From Azolla caroliniana (Eukaryota; Plantae; Polypodiophyta), in the NCBI GenBank assembly GCA_043228905.1, contig JBHGNT010000003.1, positions 23,560,001 through 23,624,000 on the forward strand: a stretch of DNA of 64,000 nucleotides. The letters run 5' to 3'. This document shows, in pieces, positions 13,701-23,669 of this stretch (its first letter is position 1; every line of letters starts with the position of its first letter). The position numbers were made by a program, and so were the translations under genes. The notes below the pieces were generated by a model. That model did not search any database, was not told where the DNA came from, and saw only the letters and a list, made by a program, of their open reading frames with translations.

Positions 13701-14834
13701 ATGGATCTCCACATATGAACAGTCGAATGGATGTCGCAGGTACTCTCTCAAGCTCATCTTCAGACCTGAATAGGAGCTGGTTCCTCAAGAGCTGGGCTTT
13801 GATGGCGGGATCCAGGGGTATATCTCTGCGGTCCCAATCTTCCAGCTTAAAGAATGGAAGGCGAGAAGCGTAAAGAGCATCCACCACAGCAGCAGTAGTA
13901 GTAAGGCTTGGAGAAAAATCACCGCGAGGTAACCGTCCTAAAGTTAGGCTGTATAATCCAGTGCTGGATTTTTGCTTCTTAGGCTGGATCAGGTGTTTTA
14001 TGCATTCCATTAGATCGTTTTCGTTCATGGAGGTGTCGATTAGAGTAAGCTCCTTGAGCTGCGGCCAGTGGTGCAGCAAATCAGCACATATCAGAACCCC
14101 GCTGGAGTCGGTGTAGAGATCCAGTACCTGCAGAGAGGCAGCGAGGGTTGAATGCGATGGACGGAGGATTGCAAATATGGGAAGAAATGCTGCGGAGACG
14201 TCCACATCCAGAAGGCAGAGGCGAGTGAGAGAGCTGAGAGCACCTAACATGTCGATGCAGTCATCATCCATAGGACAGTCTTGCAGGGAAAGATGCTTCA
14301 GGCTCCTGCATTTCTTGAGCGCATTCAAAAGACCATGAATATCGAAGCCACATTTACTGATAAGGAGGCTCTTAGGGCACACATCACGATCTGCTGCGAG
14401 AGAGAGAGAGCCTCCAACCATTCTGAGACTTCCTCTCTTCTGAGAAGTAGATCCAGCAGGTAAATTGCTCCCCCGCTGAAACTGGCGGCATCCCGGAGCC
14501 ACACCACTCTCTGCTCTCGCGTGAGAGATCCCAGATCGATCATCATGTCTTCTTTCCCCCACCGCTCTCCTTCTCCCACGTTTGCATCATTCGACAGAAA
14601 GCGCAATTCTTCTTCTTCCGAAATAAGTATGTCGATATTCTCGATACGACTGAACTGAGATCTGTCAATGAAGATGAGGTTCTCAACACCCCTGCTCGCC
14701 AGATGGGAGAGGCCATGATCATCAAGGAGAGCTGCAAACGATTTGGCAACCGCTTGATTGAGATAAATATGATCCCAATCCTTACTGTAGAGGCGTTGCG
14801 GTGGCTGAATCTCACGCACAACCTCCTTATCCAT
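10795..14834 (-). CDS. TORNADO1-like ROCO protein copy A (LRR-Roc GTPase-COR-coiled coil-TRN1 C-terminal domain), frameshifted in exon 1
   Basis: Exon 1 is 14834..13695 and exon 2 is 13520..10795. A GC-AG intron (13521..13694) splits the P-loop GDPYAG|KTT. Other motifs: RTQGIEV, WDMAGQQEFH, FTWAD, VDARK, IVLDPNWFCNQI, YMGRRLEC, LTPGLFP, and the TRN1-type tail KFRLRR..YR....AWLC.KH. LRR-like units occur in exon 1 (SLKHLSLQDC, SLTRLCLLDV, QLKELTLI). One extra CT unit at 14398-14410 breaks the frame; removing it gives a 1287-aa ORF. Confidence 0.88.
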
Positions 14835-15239
14835 ACTGAAGGATCACTGCCGCTTTTTCTTTTAGAAGGATATTTAATTATGACAGATCGACGAAAGTGG
14901 ACGCGGATGGATGGCTTTTTACATACAAAGGATCTTTACAGATTCACAGCATCATCAGGAAATTCTGATGATGATGATGATGACGACGACGACGACGATG
15001 ATGATTGGGGTTCTGAAGGAAGATCCTGCATACAACTAACGAATCATTGCAGCCGTGGCAGGTTTGTTTTCAAGGATTTAATTATGACGACGCAGGTATT
15101 TTGTGGTGGGAGACCCAATTAATTAGTTGGCACAGCCTAATTACTCCAATTAAGCTTCGGGGATTTGTCTTCCCTTATTAGCTTATGCTTTGTATGAACC
15201 ACTAGATCCAACTCCGACGTTGACCCAGATAATGTTCAG

Positions 15240-15641
15240 CCAAATTTAGGGTTTTAGCAAAACCTTGAGTTTGGAGACCGAGAACAATATGCGGGTGTCA
15301 CTTAGAGGATGAGGGGGAGGCGTGGATGCAGGTTGAGAAGAAGAAATATGGTCGAAATTAGGGTTTCCATTGGAATTAGGGGTTTCTATCAAAACCCTAA
15401 TTTGTAAGCCGAGAACAGCATGCAAGGGGAGGCGAGGGTGTACGCATCATCGACAAGATGCAGGGTGTCACCTCGCCGTTGACGATTAGGTGATGCTCGC
15501 TCACAATAGCTGGCATTAAAAAATAAACGTTTTCTTTTTCAAATAATAGTTCAAAAAAACAAATACTATAACCTGTATTGGTATTCGCATTCATATGCAT
15601 TCGTGGGGGAGGCCCCACAAATGTGAATATGTCAATCTATG
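15240..15641 (-). mobile_element. Truncated copy of the non-autonomous hAT family seen at 58858-59857
   Basis: The reverse complement begins CATAGATTGACATATTCACATTTGTGGGGCCTCCCCCACGAATGC, matching the terminus and subterminal region of the 58858 element. The other end was not found, so the left boundary is approximate. Confidence 0.75.
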
Positions 15642-16099
15642 CTTAGCCCTTATATGCTTAGAGTCCCAAGAGGGGGAGGCAACAATTATTGGAGTTGTTA
15701 AACCTAGAATGCTTGTCACATTGCAATGTGGGACACAACAAGGGGTACCTATGCATTTTTTCATTAATATAGGAGGTTAAAGCATTACATGCATAGCATA
15801 GTACAATGTGCATGGCACTATAGGATTTGATTGTGTCTTTTCTATGTGAATGTATGTTAGAGAAAGTCAATAAAAAGCAATCAGTTTTGGACCAGGAAAA
15901 CGTGCATTCCATGTTTCATAAGCAAACCTTATTTATTAGGAAGCAAAACATCCATTCATTTTACAAATACAAAAGCACTAGGATGTTGTTAAGTCAATGA
16001 ATATATAGAAGTGTACAATATTTTGAGACGAGGCTTTTCGAATAAATGATCGCTATGCACCTCTTATTTGAACCCGAGATGGTAGTCAGATTATATGAT

Positions 16100-19000
16100 T
16101 TAACCTAGCGAAAAAGGTGCATGTCCGTTGTAGTGTTCATCACATAACCATGCAACGCCCTCGTCGTTTTTGTACTTGACACGCTTGAGACCGAACTTGT
16201 CATCTATGTTTTTATCTGTGAGACCTCCATTGTTCGCGAGTATGGATGCCAAGCACTTTTGCCACTCTTTGAAGGACTCCGATGTACATGGAGACACACG
16301 AGAGATGCTGGATGGGCCGACCGACATGTCCATTAGAGCGGTGGATACCATAGGGTACTGTTTCACGTCTTTGATATAGTAGGGAAGCAACTCAAGTATG
16401 GGAGAGGCCGGAAGAGGCACACCATAGTTAGAGCCAAGTTTGGCAGCGATGGTCAAAGCACAGAGGAAACCATTAATGTATGGGAGTGCTCTGCCTAGAC
16501 CCTGCGACAGAGACTCTGACAGGGAGGTGATGGTGATGCCTTGTTGGTTACCCACTGGATGTGGCAATGTTCGGTCCTCGCAACAGAGCTCCACTCGCAC
16601 AGACACCACATGGTTCCTTGAGACTGAAGTCACCAGCTTCCTTATCTTGCTCACGCCATCGCTGGTAAGAACGACGACACTCGGGAGTCGCTTCTCGTCC
16701 TCATTCTCCACAGCAAACTTCAATAGCCTCTCCACCACACTCTGAACCTTGGTCACAACATCCCTCCTCGTTAGTTGAAGCTCCTGATGTATCTGATTGA
16801 GCTTGTTGCTCATTTCATCCATCTTATGATGTAACCCTCGGATCTCTGTATAATTCTTATGATGCAACCCTACATTCTCTTCGTGATTCGCATCCAGCTT
16901 GCGACTAAGATCTAAGATTGCCCTCACCATCTTATTACTAGATTGTACCTCCACCCTGTCTTCTGATATTTGATCCTCTTGTGGCACCTTGGATAAATCC
17001 ACGATATCTTCCAATATTGTTGCCATGGTTGCATCTTGATGGCTTTCATGCTGATCAGATCCATTCGTTTCGTTACCTTTCTCCAATAATATTGCATTCC
17101 TGACCTCTTTCAACCATGCACCATAGGACATGACTACCTCCATGTAATTCTCCAAACCTAGTAGGTCAATTAAAGGATCTGTTATAGAAACAGGCATATG
17201 ATCGGTCTGATTCCAGAGATGGCAAAATTTTGACTCGCCTTCCTCTAGTTGGCTTCTGAGTTGTTGCTTCAAATAAGTCATTGTCACGCATTGATCTTCT
17301 CTGTTTTCTGCCCTTGAAGGATCACATAAGGAGTCGGGCCGAATAACGCTCTCTATCAATGTAACCCCTTGGATACCGGTGGGTTGTGCACATATTGTGA
17401 TTAGATTGTTGATTATACGATCTTCCACATAAGCCAAAGTCCTTGCCATATCATGGTGATTATTGTTTAATGGAGCCCTAACCAACACGTCTATCACATT
17501 GTCAGATCTTACTTGACAAAACACCACAATTATCTCCTTGTTTGGCAAGCAAATTGACACGAAATGTTTACCAAGTTTCACGTCAGCATTATCCTGAGGT
17601 TGGAATGCATTGTTGAATAATACTTGAATCCTCGGAAACAATCCAGGTGTGAGAAAGGTGAGGTTTTTGTTTTCACACTCTAGCCTTCTGCCCATATAGA
17701 CATAATTAGTATCATTATCTAAACCGCATGTAGCCGATGATCTCCATTGGGGTGTTGTAGACTTAATATTGTACTGATTTGCAGTCAATGCGGCTGGGAT
17801 AAAGAGATCCCCATTGCTTGATGAGGCACCACGTTTATAATTGGGGACTTCACAACATAAGTGCATTGCTTCCATCAAATCTACCAAGAAAGACCCTTTC
17901 ACATCACATTTGGTAAGTAGTTCCAACCGCTCCTCTAGGGAAACTCGACTGGTGAATCCACGGGTGTCTATTGTCTCAGGTGCTTTAGAGTTCGAGAAAT
18001 GAATCAAGCTTCCCATGATCTGGTTGCAAAACCAATTGGGATCAAGAACAATGTATTCAAGATTGTTTATGTATATAATGATCCCAGACTCGTTCAAATA
18101 CTGGGCGATTGCATGTAATTTGGCATCCTCATTGTGAATGGAAAACTGACTACTGCATATTCGGCTAAACTCAGACCATGTAATGATTCGATGCTTTGAT
18201 TTCTTCAAGTACTTGGATAGATGTTCAGTTACGTGTCTGCAAATGTCGTACACCTGAACATCTTGGAGCATCTCCTTGGCAGTACTGAAAATCATTTTGG
18301 CTACACCTTGGACTGAGTCCTTCTTTCTTGCGTCCACTTCAAAAGGAGGGCAGACTATGTCTATCATGACCTCTTTAAACTCGGATTGAAATGACTCAAT
18401 CAAAGGTGAAAACTCACTTGTAATGATCTTCATTTGATCGGCGCGTGTGAACACCATGATCACTTTAAGAGAAATATTAGATTTTCGGCTTTTGGAGGCA
18501 AGGAATTTGAGCCAATACCTAAAGCTTATCTCAAATTCTTCTCGTGTTTTCTTTGGTCCTTTGTTGCTATTTTTGCTCTTCATGGGGCTCCAAACAAACA
18601 TGAATATAGATGGAGTTTGATCATAGCCTGTTCCTATGTCTGGGAACATACTATCATGGAATGCATAGAATTCAGGCTGACCTGCCATGTCCCACAGAGA
18701 CACTCGAATTCCATCATTTTTCATGGATCGGACTTCGATTCCTTGTGTCCGATCGGGCTCAATATGTCCACAGCCAGTCACAAGCTTGGAGAACTTGTGT
18801 CTCTTTGACGAATAGATGGAATGCATAGAGGATAGAAGGGTAGTCTTTCCTACAAGAGTACACAATGCTGGGTGGATTTACTAATAAACATTCACATAAT
18901 AATATAAGTAGTAAGTGGAATTGAAGTGTGGATAAATTTGCTTATGAGAGAGATTTTACCTGCATATTCATCTCCGCAGATAAATAGGCGAAGAGAAGTG

Positions 19001-19323
19001 GCGGGTACTTTCTTGGATTGCAGTTGCTCATGACGTCTCCAGATGAGCTGGTTTCTCATGAGTTGAGCATTAATGGGGGAAGGCAACCGTGAGAACAATC
19101 CTTCCTCCCGGTGCGACTGCAACTGAAGGAATGGAAGGCTGGACCGATAAAGTGCATCTACCACCCTAGTAATAGTAAATTGGCTTCTATTAATATGGAT
19201 AAATCCATCGCAGGGTCCTAAGGTAAGGCTGTGTAATCGAGCAGGGGGGGATGCAGACTTTAAATTCGTCTTCTTCCACTCTGCTAGCAGTTCCAAGATT
19301 CCCAATAGATCCTCTTCATCCAT
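16100..19323 (-). CDS. TORNADO1-like ROCO protein copy B (short LRR remnant-Roc-COR-coiled coil-TRN1 C-terminal domain)
   Basis: Exon 1 runs from the first in-frame ATG at 19323 to 18960, then a GT-AG intron (18850..18959) in GDEYAG|KTT, then exon 2 at 18849..16100, giving about 1037 aa. It has the same Roc/COR motifs as copy A (WDMAGQPEF, FTRAD, IVLDPNWFCNQI, KFGLKRVKY...AWLCDEH). The frame stays open upstream (LLHWPQLKELTLI) only as far as the TAA at 19423-19425. Confidence 0.88.
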
Positions 19324-20401
19324 AAATCCAGTGCTCACCTCTATTAAAGTAAGCTCTTTGAGCTGCGGCCAATGCAGCAGGAAGCTGGGGAAGATGCTCG
19401 TCAGTGATGGTTTTTTGATGATTTAGACATGATGAAAAGTTCCATCGAGAGCGGCTCTGGATTTCTCGCAATCGCGTCTGACATAATCATCATTATACCC
19501 TTTCATCTGCCTGCGGAGACTCTGATGAGGTCGATGCCTCTGATTGAAAGACTGGGACATAGCCCCCTCATCTATGATAATGTTGGATCTGAGTTCTGAA
19601 TGAAATGCCACATGTTTAGACTGCAGATGGATTATGGCTAGCCTGAACAATAAGCGTGGATAATATAATATATTTCGATTACGGTATTTAGGGATCCTCA
19701 TTATATGCAGGAGGTATGCAAATCAATCCCCCACAGCACAATGACTAATGATTATTTAAGTCCCATGACTGATTAATAAGGTTATATCCAATGCATGTAT
19801 TGATGGAGCTAACGAGATCGGAATCAAAAGTTTTGTCCTGAATATTGAATCTTATATAACCTCATCAAAAGTAAAGCCGGCTATGAACGTCATTTGACCG
19901 GTCACAACCCCTGCAACCCTTTGCCCTTAATCACCCATTTTACACATGACGATGATGTTGATTAGCACTAACTAATTATAATGATATTAAGAAGAGGTTA
20001 AATAGTGAGAGTATCCAACTTTGCATTGTCTCCATAAATTGTGGTGTGGAAGGGCCACACTTAATCTCAACTTTACCCTTCCAATTATTATACATACATA
20101 CATACATACATATGTGAATGTGTGTGTGTGTGTGTCTGTGTACATATGTATATACATATATCATATGTATACAGTATATGTATATAACTCCAATGAATGG
20201 ACTTATACGTCCAATGTTATGTTGTGAACGGAATCTGGAATAATATTTATGTCGTGATTTTCCAATATTAATTCTTACTTTTGGCCTCACAAAATTTGAT
20301 ATTCATCAATGAGTTTTTTTAGTGTCTAGTGGATGGATGTGTTAGACCAAGCGTCTGCCTATTCATGGACCTATGAAGTGCATTGCAAACGGTGGTGGAA
20401 G

Positions 20402-20651
20402 TAGGAATTGGCAACATTTCAGTTTCGACTTAACCGGTCTGGTCTTGCCAAGCCAAACTAGTTAGCCTTAACCAGTGTGGGAGGTTTTAAACTTGAACCA
20501 AATTGGATCCCCTAAACCGGTTTGGCAATTTTCAAACCGAACAGAACAAGCTCAAATCAATTAAGGAGCTCAAGCCTAAACTGAATTGAACCAAGCCACC
20601 GAAGGTTTAACAACCCGGTTCAAGCTCGAGCCGAGACTTTGTCGATTTCTA
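20402..20651. mobile_element. hAT-type MITE (250 bp)
   Basis: Perfect 8-bp TSD GGTGGAAG (20394-20401 and 20652-20659), imperfect TIRs TAGGAATTGGCAA / TTGTCGATTTCTA, and an AACCG/CGGTT-rich interior. Confidence 0.8.
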
Positions 20652-21330
20652 GGTGGAAGTGAACATAGTTTGGTTGTTTGAAACCTTTAATCATGATGTT
20701 TCTAGTGTTAACAAGGATTCATATACTTTGGTCCTTGGGATGTCATGTTATGGCCTTACACCCATCCAAAATAGGTGATTGCAATCCCCAAAACTTATAG
20801 ATGAACCACCATAACCACTTTGATAGTTTGGCGTTACATGAGGTTCGTTCCATAATTTTGGAGGTTAGAGGTACTATGGAGAACCAATCAATTAGAGTGA
20901 CGATCACCCCTACAAAGAGAAGATGGTTAACTATCAAATGGAAACACCCCTAATCCCACCATTTATAATCTATATTTCTCTATGTTAAGTTTTATTTCTA
21001 TATGCACTATTTGTAAGTCCATTTAAATCCTTAATATTTTCTTATGTGGACAATATGATATTTCATAACAATTGTATGGCCCACAATACTCATGAGTTGG
21101 CAATGTAAAGTAGATTGAAGACTACAGTTCGTGATTTTTTATGCTATGCTCTTGCTTTATTGATGTAACCAAAAAATGGCATCAAAGAGCAGTATGAGTA
21201 CTAGTTTTCATTCCATCCTAATTTGCCATATGCATTGTTGAGATCTACAAGAGTATTGCATTGATGACAATAAACCACCAAAGAATGATGTTTAGAGAAG
21301 TGAACATGGTGCAAGGCCAACATTTAGGCC

Positions 21331-21812
21331 TAACAATCAGCAACGGTTCGGTTTGAACCGAACCAAGCTGTGAAACTGCGGTTTAACGGCTTAACGATTT
21401 CAACGGTTCGGTTCAGGTTTAAGTTTTTTAAACGGTTTGGTTCGGTTTCGGTTTGGTTTCAACAGTCAAAAACCGTGGTTTAAATGGTTTAACGGTTTTT
21501 TATTCTTTATTTTTAAATTTTATTTTTAAAAAATTATAAAAAAATTTAAAAATTGTTTTTAAACAATATTTTCATTTTTACACCTTATTCTCACATTTTA
21601 GGAACATCTTTAAAAAAATTTAAATTCTAAATAATGAAATATTATAAATTTTTAAAAAATTAAAATTTTGACTTATGTTGAAAACCAAAACTGAACCATG
21701 AAACCACGGTTTTTACGGTTTAATGGTTTGAAAAAGTTTAACGGTTCGGTTTAACGGTTTCGCATTTCGGTTTGGACCCTCTCAAACCGAACCGAACCGT
21801 TGCTGATTGTTA
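21331..21812. mobile_element. hAT-type MITE (482 bp)
   Basis: 23-bp TIRs TAACAATCAGCAACGGTTCGGTT / AACCGAACCGTTGCTGATTGTTA, a perfect 8-bp TSD TTTAGGCC on both sides, and repeated AACGGTT subterminal motifs. Confidence 0.92.
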
Positions 21813-23669
21813 TTTAGGCCAAGGAATTGCAATTTTTCAAGCTAATCTTGAACTATATGCCCCACAAAGACATGAGAGGAAAATCCAATTGCAATGGCAA
21901 AAATCCATGTGACTTGGATTCAATGATTGATGATCCTCTTTTGAAAACAATTTTGTGAGTATTTTTATACTTCTCATCAATCTATTTCCTATATAAAGTT
22001 AAAATGTACAGGTGATGGTTTTCTTGGCAATTGCTTGTGGTAAATAGAGCTCCTACTGAAGACGAGTATACCAATGCCAGGGTTTGGTTTAGAGTCTGTG
22101 CTAGCTTCCTTTGAGCATGATGTTATAGTGTTACACAGAGAACAAGTTTCTATGAATATTTGAATCAATGCTTCCCAAACAATTGGTTTATTTAGCATAT
22201 AAAATCGTTGTAATATTTTTTTGACTTTCATTAATAACAACCAAATGTGTCATTGCTCCAAAATATTGATACAAGCGGAGGACATCAAAGATGTGGATGA
22301 TGATGATATATTGCCAATGGCTTAAAAAATAGTGAGGACATTGTGTCTTTAGTGATAATGATTACTAAAACATTTATTGTTAAATCTTGAAGCCTTTGTA
22401 ATCATACTAAAATTCATGGAAAACCTTCTTATCAATACATATACATTTCAAAAATTTTAATATTGTTAAATCTTCTTCTTGACATGAATTTTATGGTAGA
22501 AAACAAAACACAAGAATATGAAAACCCACAAAACCATTGGGCTTCAACATTTTTGAAATTTTCTTTTCTCCAAATTGTTGGAAAATCTAGCACTAATTCT
22601 ATAATTCAATAGTGTCAAAATCTCTAGCATTATTGCGAGATTAGTAAATGTTGGAAACCCCAACACTCTCCATTTGGTTAGACATGCGAGCATTTTTGGC
22701 ACACACAAATTGGCCTAGGAAATAAGAAATAGGTCAATTCCTACATTTTTTAAGATAGAAATAGGTTTTGTCATGTTTCTTATACCAAACCAAAATGTCA
22801 ATGAAAGGGTTGAAAACTGGATTGTAATGTCATGGAATGAGCAAAAAACAAAAGAAAGTTTATTAATGTCCTTAGTTTGTTTTTTTAACATTTTGCTCTT
22901 GTGGGGTATTAATCGTACCATAGAGTCAAAGTTGAAGCAACATATCAATTATTGCCCCTAAGAAATAAGGACCAACAAGTTGATGCATTATTAAAGCATC
23001 ATCTCTTGTCCATAATGGGGAGTCACAAGTTGTCACATAACATTGACTCGGATCCTCTAAGTTGATATTTTGTATTAGTTAGGTCCTCTTTTTTTGTTTC
23101 AAGATGATGTTTTGGGTTAAGTTCGGCAAGTAGCTCAACCATTTCCATTGTTTGAAGAAACACTAATGAAAAAAAAGTCCAATGTCAAAAAAAGTTTAAA
23201 TGTGTGTGAAAGGACGGATGGATTGATGCGAAGGATGAAACAAACCAATAATGTTTATTACATAATTATTTGGTGAATTTTAGTATTTTGCTCTTGTATT
23301 TCATTATACTATGGCGTGTTGTGTTTTGTTTTTTCCTCCTTGCATATTTGATAAACCTTCAATGTGAAATTAGACAACATATTTCGTGAATATCAGATGA
23401 TGCATCTTCATATCTTCATCATTATGATTAAGAGTCTACGAAACAATCCAAAGCAAAAGAAAAAGAAAGAAAATTCTACGTGTAGTATTACCATCAATAG
23501 ATTTGAGAAACAAATTTTTGTAATGCACATGAAAAATACGAGTGAAATGCATATAGCACCTACTAGGTTTGAGAAACAAATTTCTATAATGCACATGAAA
23601 AGTACTAGTGAAACACATCCACCTTATAATTAGCGGGTTTACAAGCTAGGTTTATCCATCTCTATATTA

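Noticed and set aside
14703-15122. Plus-strand 139-aa ORF with poly-Asp
   Set aside because: It is antisense to the ROCO A start, and the Asp run is just a GAT/GAC microsatellite in the leader region.
20990-22330. Possible hAT transposase remnants around the 21331 MITE
   Set aside because: No convincing translatable motif found by eye.
23500-23650. Helitron-like 3' end (GCGGGTTTACAAGCTAG)
   Set aside because: The hairpin is poor, CTAG is not followed by T, and no 5' end was identified.
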